Shown: positions 48,621-58,357 of the stretch, piece after piece | How the letters are laid out: every line of letters starts with the position of its first letter | Numbering within the stretch: the first letter of the stretch is position 1 | Source of the DNA: Candidatus Babeliales bacterium | GTDB taxonomy: Bacteria; Babelota; Babeliae; Babelales; JANWKD01 | Direction: 5' to 3' | NCBI GenBank assembly: GCA_963701665.1 | Contig: OY969622.1 | Coordinates: 64,001 to 128,000 of the forward strand | Length of the DNA: 64,000 bases | Notes under the pieces: model-generated | What the model was told of the DNA's origin: nothing | Databases searched by the model: none | Seen by the model: the letters and a program-made list of their open reading frames with translations, nothing else | Translations under genes and position numbers: made by a program

Positions 48621-49565
48621 CTAGGGTGTACCCCCACAAATTACGCAAGATATGTCGAAGTTTCCACAAACTATGCAACTCGTTGCCGCTGCAAGTTCTT
48701 GGGCATAATCTGTATTCTCCATCATAGTAATTGATTCACTTAAGATAGCACTTGCACTCGATATTAATTCATTACAACAATTAGTAAGCTGGCTTTCAAG
48801 GCTACCACAGCAAGCAATTATTTGGTCAAGAACGGTATTTGCTAGACTTATGTCTGTATCTAACAAAACTTCTACCGTATTAAAATCTGAAGCTAAACGA
48901 GGGAACAATGTATTGATTCCATTGGCAATAACCGTAAATGTACCGATAAAAGCATTATTAAAATCTATACAACATGTAGAAAGCGTATTTTGTATAGCGT
49001 TTATCACGGTAAAAGTACCCTCAAAGTCTGCTGTTGCATTTGCACAACATTGCGTCAAGGTGCCTTGCAAATCATTGAGCTCCGCAAAAATTGCATCAAA
49101 CGAGATGGTAGCCGCATTACAACACTGCGTAAGAAGTCTATAGAGATGGTTAAGCAGACCAATAATCTCAGAAAGATCACATCCTGCAGGCCCTGCAAGA
49201 GGACGTTGCGTTTGGGGGCGAGATGCTTTTACCATTCGATTTAATCCAGCCGTTAAATCAGGAAAAACATCAATAAGATCTTTTACTAAAAACTCTTTCT
49301 CATCTTTACAGACTTGTTCATAGCAGTTTAGCAAACCATTTGAAAGTTGCTCCTGCGCATTATCTTGTAATGCATTTTCAACTAAACTAATCACATAGGA
49401 TTTAAAATGAGGATTATCAACAACGATGCTCTCCTGCACAATGTCACCATGTTGCAGCGCAGCTATTGCAAGATTATCGAATATTATTTCACTTTTCACA
49501 CAGAAAGAAATATGTGGTATTATAAAAAATATAGATAAAAACCATGATTTATTCTTTAATCTCAT
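48621..49565 (-). CDS. Exported Cys-Cys-repeat protein E
   Basis: Signal peptide, LLNCYEQV, GPAGCDL, five CC pairs, C-terminal CIVC...CVIC; RBS ggggag. Confidence 0.85.
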   Translation of the reverse strand: MRLKNKSWFLSIFFIIPHISFCVKSEIIFDNLAIAALQHGDIVQESIVVDNPHFKSYVISLVENALQDNAQEQLSNGLLNCYEQVCKDEKEFLVKDLIDVFPDLTAGLNRMVKASRPQTQRPLAGPAGCDLSEIIGLLNHLYRLLTQCCNAATISFDAIFAELNDLQGTLTQCCANATADFEGTFTVINAIQNTLSTCCIDFNNAFIGTFTVIANGINTLFPRLASDFNTVEVLLDTDISLANTVLDQIIACCGSLESQLTNCCNELISSASAILSESITMMENTDYAQELAAATSCIVCGNFDISCVICGGTP

Positions 49566-49672
49566 AAAATTCTCCCCTTTAAAATATACTGTTGTTTTAA
49601 TACTAAAAAGAAGAGTAAATATAATGCAAGAATTTTTAAGATTACTTCATGACAACGACCAAAAATTTGCCT

Positions 49673-50491
49673 TTACCAACCGAAGTCTTTTTCATAACCA
49701 AGATCTATAAGCAGTTGCCCTGCAACTTCTTTAAAAGCAATTTTATGTCTTTCTAAGAAATGTTCTTTCCATGAACCAATCTTCCCTTCACGAAATGTCG
49801 ATGTACCCCCAAATAATTCGTCGGCAATTTTTTTTGCTTGTTCCCAAGTAAGAGGTTTACCTAAGTGATTTCCTATTGCGATAATTTCTTTTATTTGTTC
49901 ATCCTCACTACCACCTCCTTGTTTTCCGATTAATTTTTCAAACGTTGTGGTATATACATCTGGCTCAAATCGCCATGGTAAATATATATTATAAAATGAA
50001 GCTATATCCGTTATTTGAAGCCAGGGATCGTCAGACAAAAATACTTTGGACCATAAGAACCCGGTGTTCATTATCAATGAATCAATAAGAACATCTAAAT
50101 CCCATGTTTTTTCCTCTATCCTTTCTATAGTCTTTAGCCAAAAAGCTGCAGAGACCACTTGATCACGAGGATCTCGAAATATAAAAACTTTTTTTATTCG
50201 CTCATTACTCATTTTTTTAATATTATCATTAACATAAATTGCATGTCCTACGAGCAACCACCTTGGATCCATCATCAGCATTTTTATGGCATTGGCATCA
50301 ATTAAAAAAAATCTTCTACGAGGAATAGCTACCTTCGCATGAGACATCATTAAAAGCATTTTCGCTAATAGCATGGTACCACATTTAGGGATAGTTATTT
50401 CTGCGACACGATATAAATCAGGATATTGCTGAGCGCATAATCCAACATTAATTATGAATAATGCTATTTTTACTACGTTTTTTATACTCAT
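49673..50491 (-). CDS. PAPS-dependent sulfotransferase 2 (signal peptide)
   Basis: IPKCGT, RDPRDQVVS, FREGKIGSWK; close paralog of sulfotransferases 1 and 3. Confidence 0.9.
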   Translation of the reverse strand: MSIKNVVKIALFIINVGLCAQQYPDLYRVAEITIPKCGTMLLAKMLLMMSHAKVAIPRRRFFLIDANAIKMLMMDPRWLLVGHAIYVNDNIKKMSNERIKKVFIFRDPRDQVVSAAFWLKTIERIEEKTWDLDVLIDSLIMNTGFLWSKVFLSDDPWLQITDIASFYNIYLPWRFEPDVYTTTFEKLIGKQGGGSEDEQIKEIIAIGNHLGKPLTWEQAKKIADELFGGTSTFREGKIGSWKEHFLERHKIAFKEVAGQLLIDLGYEKDFGW

Positions 50492-50611
50492 GCCTTCTTA
50501 CCCTTCATTGTAGCTACATATTCTTTTTTAATTTTAGTTTTATGAAAAAAAACGTAGATGAAGCAAGAAAAAAGCTCTAATTTCATGAAGGTCGATGATA
50601 AAGCTTATTCA

Positions 50612-51424
50612 TTACCAGTTAAAATCCTTTTCGTAACCGAGATCTATAAGTAGTTGCCCTGCAACCGCTTTAAAAGCAATTTTATGTCTTTCTAAGAAAT
50701 GTTCTTTCCATGATCCAATCTTTCCTTCACGAAATGTCAATGTACCCCCAAATAATTTGTCGGCGATTTTTTTTGCTTCTTCCCAGGTAAGGGATTTACC
50801 TAGGTGATTTGCTATTGCAATAATTTCTTTTATTTGTTCATCCTCGCTACCGCCTCCTTGTTTTCCGACTAACTTTTCAAATGTTGTGGTATATACATCC
50901 GGTTCAAATCGCCATGGTAAATATATGGTATAAAATGAAGTTATATCAGTTATTTGAAGCCATGGATCATCTGAGCAAAGTACTTCAGACCATAAGGGCC
51001 CAGTATTCATGATCAGTAGATCAATAAGCACATCTAAATCCCATGTGCTTTCTGGCATCCTATCTATAGTTTTTATCCAAAAAGCTGCAGAGACCACTTG
51101 ATCACGCGGATCTCGAATTATAAAAACTTTTTTTATTTGTTCGTTACTTATTTTTTTAATATTATCATCAACATAGATTGCATGTGCTATGAGCAACCAC
51201 ACTTTACTTTCCATAAACATTTGCATGGCATCATCATCAATTAAAAAAAAACTTCTACGAGGAATAGGTAATTTTGCATGAGTCATCATTAAAAGCATTT
51301 TCAGTAGCATGTTGGAACCACATTTAGGAATAGATATTCCTACAACACGATATAAATCACCGTTCGCACATAATCCAAAATGAATTATGAATAATGCTAT
51401 TTTTACTATGTTTTTTATACTCAT
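50612..51424 (-). CDS. PAPS-dependent sulfotransferase 3 (signal peptide)
   Basis: IPKCGS, RDPRDQVVS, FREGKIGSWK; tandem paralog of 49673-50491. Confidence 0.9.
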   Translation of the reverse strand: MSIKNIVKIALFIIHFGLCANGDLYRVVGISIPKCGSNMLLKMLLMMTHAKLPIPRRSFFLIDDDAMQMFMESKVWLLIAHAIYVDDNIKKISNEQIKKVFIIRDPRDQVVSAAFWIKTIDRMPESTWDLDVLIDLLIMNTGPLWSEVLCSDDPWLQITDITSFYTIYLPWRFEPDVYTTTFEKLVGKQGGGSEDEQIKEIIAIANHLGKSLTWEEAKKIADKLFGGTLTFREGKIGSWKEHFLERHKIAFKAVAGQLLIDLGYEKDFNW

Positions 51425-51645
51425 TACCTTCTTGCCTTCATTTTTCAGAGCCTTGACATCTCTCTAACCATTTTAATAATGTTGCCACAAGTTTTGTAAT
51501 ATACTACTTGACTCATTCAAAATAATACCAGTTAAATGCTGCACATTAATAATTATTATTTTTACGAAGTAACGGAGGTGAAATAGCATAAAAGGTGATG
51601 TGTGTAATAATATCATTTAATTATTTTAAAAAGGACAGATAAAAA

Positions 51646-52203
51646 ATGAAGAAAAAATGGTCTAATTGTTTTAAACAAATTTTTTCGATGGTATTGCTAT
51701 TTGGTCTTATTTCAACTATAGGCGCTCAGCCATCAACTACGACGGTGAATTGGCACTGGTTAAGTGACGAATCGTGCGATAATACAAATAGTGGTATAAC
51801 ATCTGGTGTTGTCGATGCTAATATTGATATTATTGGTCATAATTCACTTTTTGGTATTGTTAGTGTTAAGGCATTAACATCCGATATTTTAGTTACGGTA
51901 ACTAATGGTGATGCTACTATTACTGGATCAGCGAACCGATGTGATGGCGGGCCAACTTATCCAGCGCGAGTATTTTTTTATGCTGCAGAAGATTGTAACA
52001 TAACATTTCAATTAGCAAATAGCCTTGATTTTTACGGTACGAGCAGCGGGAGTAGGCTTCTTGATTTTTTAGTCACCGTTTCTGGCCCTGGAACTTTTAA
52101 TTTCTTGATGGAAAACGGTAGTAATCTTAATTTTAATCCCCGAACAGAAGAAAGTGGTGGTGTATCATTCTTCTTGGCGTATGGTAGTTTTTCGGGAATA
52201 TGA
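51646..52203 (+). CDS. Hypothetical exported beta-rich protein, possibly an N-terminal fragment of a larger gene
   Basis: Signal peptide ending IGA-Q; G/S/T/N-rich beta-strand pattern; ends abruptly at tga-tag. Confidence 0.6.
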   Translation: MKKKWSNCFKQIFSMVLLFGLISTIGAQPSTTTVNWHWLSDESCDNTNSGITSGVVDANIDIIGHNSLFGIVSVKALTSDILVTVTNGDATITGSANRCDGGPTYPARVFFYAAEDCNITFQLANSLDFYGTSSGSRLLDFLVTVSGPGTFNFLMENGSNLNFNPRTEESGGVSFFLAYGSFSGI

Positions 52204-52265
52204 TAGTCACCTAAGTTAAAACACGCTCTTAACACCTCTATAATAGAAGATGGACCGTTAAAACA

Positions 52266-52302
52266 AAAAAGAGGCGTTTACAATAAGTAAACGCCTCTTT
52301 TT
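52266..52302. terminator. Bidirectional intrinsic terminator
   Basis: aaaaagaggcgtttac / gtaaacgcctcttttt. Confidence 0.85.
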
Positions 52303-52326
52303 AAATTTCAGAATTAAGATAATAGA

Positions 52327-52680
52327 TTAAAATCTATTTCTTGGAGGACGAGAAGAACCCCAACCACCGCTGCCGCCATTACCGCGATTACCGCCGCGAT
52401 CACCGCCAAAACGATTATCACTTCGAGGGCCGCGAGCTTCAGGGGCACGTGCTTCATTTACTCGTAGGGCTTGTTTTTCCAACTCGTAACCATTCAATTC
52501 GGCTATTGCTTGCTGAGCTTCAGCTGTAATAGGCATATCAACAAAAGCAAATCCACGGGTATCACCAGTAAATTTGTCTTTGATAATTTTAACTGAGGAG
52601 ACTTCGCCTTTTCCAGCAAATAACTGTCTTAGCATGTCTTCTGTCACTGTACGTGCAACATTGCCAACATATATGTTCAT
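52327..52680 (-). CDS. RRM-domain RNA-binding protein with Gly/Arg-rich tail
   Basis: RNP2 IYVGNV, RNP1 RGFAFVDM, LRVNEAR, GGDRGG tail. Confidence 0.95.
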   Translation of the reverse strand: MNIYVGNVARTVTEDMLRQLFAGKGEVSSVKIIKDKFTGDTRGFAFVDMPITAEAQQAIAELNGYELEKQALRVNEARAPEARGPRSDNRFGGDRGGNRGNGGSGGWGSSRPPRNRF

Positions 52681-53073
52681 AGGTATATAAACTCACAAAA
52701 AAAAAATTAAAAAATGAAACTCAACAAATAGTATTAACCCTACTTTTAATTAACCAGCCTTTCGTCGGAATTAATATGATTATATAGTAAGTATAGCAGC
52801 ATAACCCAATAAAGCAAAAAAACTCTGTTTACAACCAAAAAACAGGATCCATTACCCCTATTATTTCATATTGCGAATTATTTTTGCCCTATACTGGCTC
52901 AAAGACCATTAAAAGACCATTAATTGAGTAGCCCTAGCAATTCTGATATACTCTCCTGTATCTCTTGTCTAGTCCCTTGCCAAAAGAATAATGTGCCTGC
53001 TTTACTAGATACTATATCTTTAGAGAAATTAGATTTTCAAGCATTACACATAAAGATCATTGGAGACTGTTAT

Positions 53074-55611
53074 ATGATCGCACAGATATTAGCAAAGATT
53101 GTGGGTACTGCCAATGTACGCCAATTAAGAAAACTCAGGCCCATTGTTGATCATATTAATAGCTTGGAGCCTAAAATAAGCGCTCTCACTGACGAGCAAT
53201 TGGGTGCAAAAACTAATGAATTCCGAGAACAGTTAAGCAAAGGCAAAACCCTCGATGATATTTTGCCCGAAGCGTTCGCCGTTGTACGCGAAACCGCCAA
53301 ACGAGAGTTAGGGCAACGCCACTTTGATGTCCAACTTATTGGTGGCATCGTATTGCATCAAGGTAAAATCGCCGAAATGAAAACGGGGGAAGGTAAAACC
53401 CTCACAGCAACCTTGCCTTTATACCTTAATGCCTTGAGCGGCAAAGGTGCTCACTTAGTCACGGTGAATGATTACTTGGCAAGACGTGATGGCACCTGGA
53501 TGGCGCCTGTATTCAATCGCCTAGGGCTCAACGTGGGCATTTTACAAAATCATATGGGCGATAAAGAACGCAAAGAAGTGTATAACGCTGATATCGTCTA
53601 TGCAACTAACAACGAACTCGGTTTTGATTATTTACGCGATAATATGAAATTCAGGCTTGAAGATTACGTTCAGCGAGAACTTCATTATGCCATCGTTGAT
53701 GAAGTTGACTCAATCTTGATTGATGAAGCGCGAACGCCACTCATCATTTCAGGTTCTTCAGATAAAAGCAGTAACCTCTATGCGCAAGCAAATGCCGTAA
53801 TCCCTCGTTTGAAAAAAACTGAAGATTATGAGGTCGATGAAAAAGCACGCTCGGTACAATTAACTGAATCCGGCGTTGATAAAGTTGAGGCTGCATTTCA
53901 TATTGATAACTTATATGCAATTGAACATCTCACGCTGCTGCATCATATTAATCAGGCATTGCGCGCTCATGCATTGTTCAAAAAAGATGTTGATTACGTT
54001 GTCAAAGATGATGAAGTACTTATCGTTGATGAATTTACCGGCCGAATTTTTTCAGGTAGACGCTATAGTGATGGATTGCATCAAGCAATAGAAGCAAAAG
54101 AAGGAGTAAAAATCGAGCGTGAAAGCCAAACACTCGCTTCTATTACACTCCAAAATTTCTTCCGTTTATATAAACGTTTAGCGGGTATGACAGGAACTGC
54201 GCTCACCGAAGCTGAAGAATTTCATAAAATTTACGGACTTGATGTTATTTCAATTCCAACGAATCAACCTATGATTCGTATCGATAAGCCAGATCTAATA
54301 TTCTTAACAAAAGAAGCAAAATATAAAGCAATTGCACAAGATGTAAAAGAACGGTATGTAAAAAAGCAGCCAGTTCTTATCGGTACTATTGCTATTGAAA
54401 CTTCAGAACTTTTAAGCAGTATTCTCCACGCACATGGCGTCCCCCATGAAGTGCTCAATGCTAAACAGCATGAGCGAGAAGCAGAAATTGTTGCTCATGC
54501 GGGCGAACCGGCACATGTAACCATCGCCACCAACATGGCAGGCCGCGGTACTGATATTAAATTAACACCAGAATCTATCGCAGCAGGCGGTTTATATATT
54601 CTTGGTACCGAGCGTCATGAAAGTAGACGTATTGATAATCAGCTGCGAGGGCGATCGGGACGTCAAGGCGATCCTGGAGAGTCTCGTTTTTACATTGCAC
54701 TCAACGATGATCTCATTCGCATATTTTCAGGCGATCTCATTGAAAAAAATATGCGCCGCGTCGGTATGCAAGAAGATGAAACGATCGAATCGCGGTTTAT
54801 TTCTAAATCGATTGAAAACTCTCAAGAAAAAGTTGAAAAAAGAAATTTTGATATCCGTAAACATCTCCTTGAATATGATGATGTGTTAAACCAACAACGG
54901 ATTGTGGTATATGCTTATCGCCGTTCTATTTTAGAAGGCGCCGATGAAATTTACGGCTTTGTCCGTGAGCTCATTCGTGAATCCGTGCATGACATGATCA
55001 AGGAATTTTCTCCAGCACGCACGGTTTCACCCGAGGCTTTTGAAAATATCCTTAAACCGTTAAGCACCATGACAGGTATTCCCGTTGATGACTTACATAA
55101 AGAAGGATTTTCTACTTCAAGTTCTGAAAACCTTGAAACAGATATCGTAAATTTCTTGCTCATGAAATATGATCTCTATCGCAATCAACAGCCATCTGAA
55201 AGAGTTCAAGAAGCTGAGCGTTGGCTCATGCTTGAAACTCTCGACAATGCCTGGAAACAGCACATGCTCAATCTAGGACATTTAAAAGAAGGTATTGATT
55301 TGCGAAGCTGGGGTCAAAAGAATCCTTTGATTGAATATAAACGCGAAGCATTCGCTATGTTCCAGGAAATGATGCAACAAGTTCGTTGGGAAATTGTTCA
55401 TCATGTATTCCATCTCAATCTTGAACATTTCAACAAAGCAGAACTTGAAACAAAACGTCAACGTGAGCTTGATCAACTCAATTTAATATCAGCAGAAATG
55501 GGCGATAACGAAACCCCAAAAACAGTTGTCAATAAAGAAGAGAAAGTTGGCAGGAACGATCCATGCCCATGCGGTTCGGGCAAAAAATATAAAAAATGCC
55601 ATGGATCTTAA
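53074..55611 (+). CDS. secA: Preprotein translocase subunit SecA
   Basis: [57 protein letters not shown] motif; RBS ggag before ATG 53074. Confidence 0.98.
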   Translation: MIAQILAKIVGTANVRQLRKLRPIVDHINSLEPKISALTDEQLGAKTNEFREQLSKGKTLDDILPEAFAVVRETAKRELGQRHFDVQLIGGIVLHQGKIAEMKTGEGKTLTATLPLYLNALSGKGAHLVTVNDYLARRDGTWMAPVFNRLGLNVGILQNHMGDKERKEVYNADIVYATNNELGFDYLRDNMKFRLEDYVQRELHYAIVDEVDSILIDEARTPLIISGSSDKSSNLYAQANAVIPRLKKTEDYEVDEKARSVQLTESGVDKVEAAFHIDNLYAIEHLTLLHHINQALRAHALFKKDVDYVVKDDEVLIVDEFTGRIFSGRRYSDGLHQAIEAKEGVKIERESQTLASITLQNFFRLYKRLAGMTGTALTEAEEFHKIYGLDVISIPTNQPMIRIDKPDLIFLTKEAKYKAIAQDVKERYVKKQPVLIGTIAIETSELLSSILHAHGVPHEVLNAKQHEREAEIVAHAGEPAHVTIATNMAGRGTDIKLTPESIAAGGLYILGTERHESRRIDNQLRGRSGRQGDPGESRFYIALNDDLIRIFSGDLIEKNMRRVGMQEDETIESRFISKSIENSQEKVEKRNFDIRKHLLEYDDVLNQQRIVVYAYRRSILEGADEIYGFVRELIRESVHDMIKEFSPARTVSPEAFENILKPLSTMTGIPVDDLHKEGFSTSSSENLETDIVNFLLMKYDLYRNQQPSERVQEAERWLMLETLDNAWKQHMLNLGHLKEGIDLRSWGQKNPLIEYKREAFAMFQEMMQQVRWEIVHHVFHLNLEHFNKAELETKRQRELDQLNLISAEMGDNETPKTVVNKEEKVGRNDPCPCGSGKKYKKCHGS

Positions 55612-55612
55612 A

Positions 55613-57808
55613 TTAAATATCCCAACCGGCAGATTCTGTAGCTCCCCCTGCTGGCTGAGAAGCTGAAGCTTCTAATGACTGCGCATATGTTTCGATTAAT
55701 TTTGCACCTTCAGTGACAGGTGAACTAGTTTTTGCAAGAGGTACTTGATCAATTTGATCGATAAGAACATTTTGTTCATCGATATTTTTTTGAGAAACAT
55801 TTGCTCCGGCATCCCATATATTTTTTGCAAGCTCAATTGTGGATTTGTTTGGTAGTGATCCTGTCGTAGGGATTTTCTGTATCTCCTTAACATTTGATCT
55901 TATTACCTGCGGCAACGTTACAACATTATTACCAATAACGGCTGTTAATGCGCCTTGTACTCGAGATGCTTCACTTGCTAATTGATCGAATCTAATATTC
56001 ATTCTCAAATATGCTTTTGCTAATACTCGTGCAACTTCTGAAGAAAGATCACCTTTTAACATAGAACCATTAACTTCTCCCATTAAATCACTCAGGGCAT
56101 TCAAAATTCGTTGTAGAGACTCTAGTTCCCTCTGTGAAGGATCAGCTTTTGAAATTTCTTCATAAATTTTCTTTATGTTTGCATCAAAATTTTTGAGTAA
56201 GGCATCTATTTTTGCGTCATTTTCAGGCGCCAATGTTTTTAAGGCATCCTGAATAACAATTTTATCATTGCCTAAGGCAGTTTCTATTTTTTCCAACCTC
56301 TGAGGATTAATTATTGTAGCATTTTTGTTCTTGGCAATTAAAGCTTCATACGTTTTAACCTCCTGAGAGTTAAACTTATTTCTTAACTCAATGTCTTTCA
56401 TGATATTTGCATGCTCAATTTCAAATCTTTTTGCCTGTGAACCAAAATAGTTGAATCTTTTTTGTATCACTTGTTGTTTATCTTTTGGAAGCTTTTTAAA
56501 TGCATCACTACGAATAAAATTACCATATGTATCTTGAATTTTTTGATAAGATTGCATTAAGACATTAGTTATCTTCTCACCAGTTCTTGGATCAGATAAT
56601 AATGAGTACTTCACTTTTGCTAAATCATCTAAATAGAACATCATGGAAGAAAAATCTTTTTCGTTTTTTCCATAGCCTGTCATATTGCGATCCAAAAATG
56701 CAGTAAGATTTTCAAGATTGTTCTTACTTAACAACGAATTTGCTCGTTTCTGTGTTGCTTCAGCTAGTTGTTCTAATTCACTCTTTACTGGTCCCGGCCC
56801 AACTGATTGCAAATCCATTTGTTTTATAAGACTTTCAACATCACTGCTCAATATAGCTAATTCTTTTTTAAGAGCTTCTTCCGATATGCCAACACTTTTA
56901 GCAAATTCTGCAGTATTTATTCTTGCTATCTCATTACGCAACTCTAAAACATTCAATGCTATATCTTTAATGGCATTTTTACTGAATGCCTTTTCTCTTG
57001 CTACTTGCGCATCTCGTTTTATCTTTTCTGTATCGGCTTTTGATGTACTCTTTTTCAGCTTTTCAGTCTCAATACGATTAATTGCATCCAATTTTGCTAT
57101 ATAGCCTTCCAAAGCATACATTGAATCCTGAATGGCTAAGGTAACACCGTGCATTTTATATCTCAAACGATCAGCCGCTAAAAGATTTTCAGTTTGTTGT
57201 AAGGGTTTATTAAGCTCTCCATATAAATCTGCAAGTTCCTTATAGCCATTCATAGCCCCATTGTAATCACCGAAAGCCTCAAAAACCTTAGTCAATTTTG
57301 ATGTAACCCATATTTCAAAATTCTTACCAATTCGTTGACCTAACGTAAGCTCGGCTTCAGATATTTTTGAAGGTTCAGTCGTTGTTGATGTTCCTTCTGA
57401 TGCTAATGTGCTCTGAAGTTTTTTGATTTGTATTTCAATATTTACTTTTTCCTTGGCAGCTAATTCTTTTTCAACTTTCAAAGTTACCGAATCTTTAGGC
57501 TTAAAATTTAATACTTCAGCCACTGCCTTTATTTTAGCTTCTAAAGACGTCTGTAATTCCTCATTAAGTTTAATAAGGTCTTCTTGTGCTATTTTTTCAC
57601 TAGCTTCGTCACCGCTTTTTCTTTTTTGTTCAATCTCTTGTTCTTTTCTTATGATCTCTTCTTGCTTAGCAGAAACCTCTTTAGTTTTCATGCTTAATTC
57701 TTCACGGGCTTCACTAACATCTCTAACTCGACCTTCATGAGAAGCAGAAAATATAGAAAAAGGAAGCAACAAAAACCAAACATACATCATGAAAAAACTA
57801 AGCTTCAT
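55613..57808 (-). CDS. Large exported alpha-helical/coiled-coil protein (paralog of 30565-32868)
   Basis: Signal peptide; shared blocks EAR.EL..KTKE, FKP.D, NLLAAD/NSLAAD, IS.ADPS.R.LESL, LPQV.R.NVK. Confidence 0.8.
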   Translation of the reverse strand: MKLSFFMMYVWFLLLPFSIFSASHEGRVRDVSEAREELSMKTKEVSAKQEEIIRKEQEIEQKRKSGDEASEKIAQEDLIKLNEELQTSLEAKIKAVAEVLNFKPKDSVTLKVEKELAAKEKVNIEIQIKKLQSTLASEGTSTTTEPSKISEAELTLGQRIGKNFEIWVTSKLTKVFEAFGDYNGAMNGYKELADLYGELNKPLQQTENLLAADRLRYKMHGVTLAIQDSMYALEGYIAKLDAINRIETEKLKKSTSKADTEKIKRDAQVAREKAFSKNAIKDIALNVLELRNEIARINTAEFAKSVGISEEALKKELAILSSDVESLIKQMDLQSVGPGPVKSELEQLAEATQKRANSLLSKNNLENLTAFLDRNMTGYGKNEKDFSSMMFYLDDLAKVKYSLLSDPRTGEKITNVLMQSYQKIQDTYGNFIRSDAFKKLPKDKQQVIQKRFNYFGSQAKRFEIEHANIMKDIELRNKFNSQEVKTYEALIAKNKNATIINPQRLEKIETALGNDKIVIQDALKTLAPENDAKIDALLKNFDANIKKIYEEISKADPSQRELESLQRILNALSDLMGEVNGSMLKGDLSSEVARVLAKAYLRMNIRFDQLASEASRVQGALTAVIGNNVVTLPQVIRSNVKEIQKIPTTGSLPNKSTIELAKNIWDAGANVSQKNIDEQNVLIDQIDQVPLAKTSSPVTEGAKLIETYAQSLEASASQPAGGATESAGWDI

Positions 57809-57875
57809 TTTTATCCTTTATTGATTTACTTTTTCTTTTATTAATAAAGGATTTTTATTTTAAAAAGCAATAAAC

Positions 57876-58092
57876 CATATCTTCCGTCTCAATCTTGAAC
57901 ATTTCAATAAAGCAGAACTTGAGACCAAGCGGCAGCGTGAACTTGATCAACTCAACTTGATATCGGCAGAAATGGGTGACAATGAAGCACCAAAAACGGT
58001 CGTCAATAAAGAAGAAAAAGTTGGCAGAAATGATCCATGCCCATGTGGTTCGGGTAAAAAATATAAAAAATGCCATGGATCTTAAATTAAAT
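57876..58092 (+). repeat. Diverged 217-bp duplicate of the secA 3' end (55402-55618)
   Basis: Ungapped alignment; encodes [10 protein letters not shown]...[20 protein letters not shown]. Confidence 0.95.
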
Positions 58093-58100
58093 TTGATATG

Positions 58101-58127
58101 GAAATCATGTGGTATTCACATGATTTC
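58101..58127. terminator. Hairpin after the secA duplicate
   Basis: gaaatcatgtg / cacatgatttc. Confidence 0.65.
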
Positions 58128-58152
58128 TATGCACATCTAGTTAGAAAAAAAT

Positions 58153-58341
58153 TTAATTTGATGAGTTATTTTTCTTTTTTTTATCAGGAGTAGTGATCTT
58201 TATGGGTTTTAACTTTTCAGGTTGCTTACCCTTATATTCATCATAGTTGAGCTTACACTCAGATTTTTTTTCATAATCTTGCATTGCAAAACAAAAAGCG
58301 CTCGCTAAACACAGACAACAACCTAGTAATATTTTTTTCAT
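58153..58341 (-). CDS. Small exported hypothetical protein (62 aa)
   Basis: RBS ggaga, then signal peptide MKKILLGCCLCLASAFCFA-MQ. Confidence 0.6.
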   Translation of the reverse strand: MKKILLGCCLCLASAFCFAMQDYEKKSECKLNYDEYKGKQPEKLKPIKITTPDKKKKNNSSN

Positions 58342-58357
58342 GTAATTCTCCCGAGGT

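Noticed and set aside
52901..52922. Tandem 11-mer aaagaccatta x2 upstream of secA
   Set aside because: Only two copies; no supportable function
52924..53073. 50-aa N-terminal extension of SecA in the ORF track
   Set aside because: Not SecA-like; RBS and typical N-terminus support ATG 53074
57855..58076. 73-aa minus-strand ORF
   Set aside because: Antisense shadow of the duplicated secA tail
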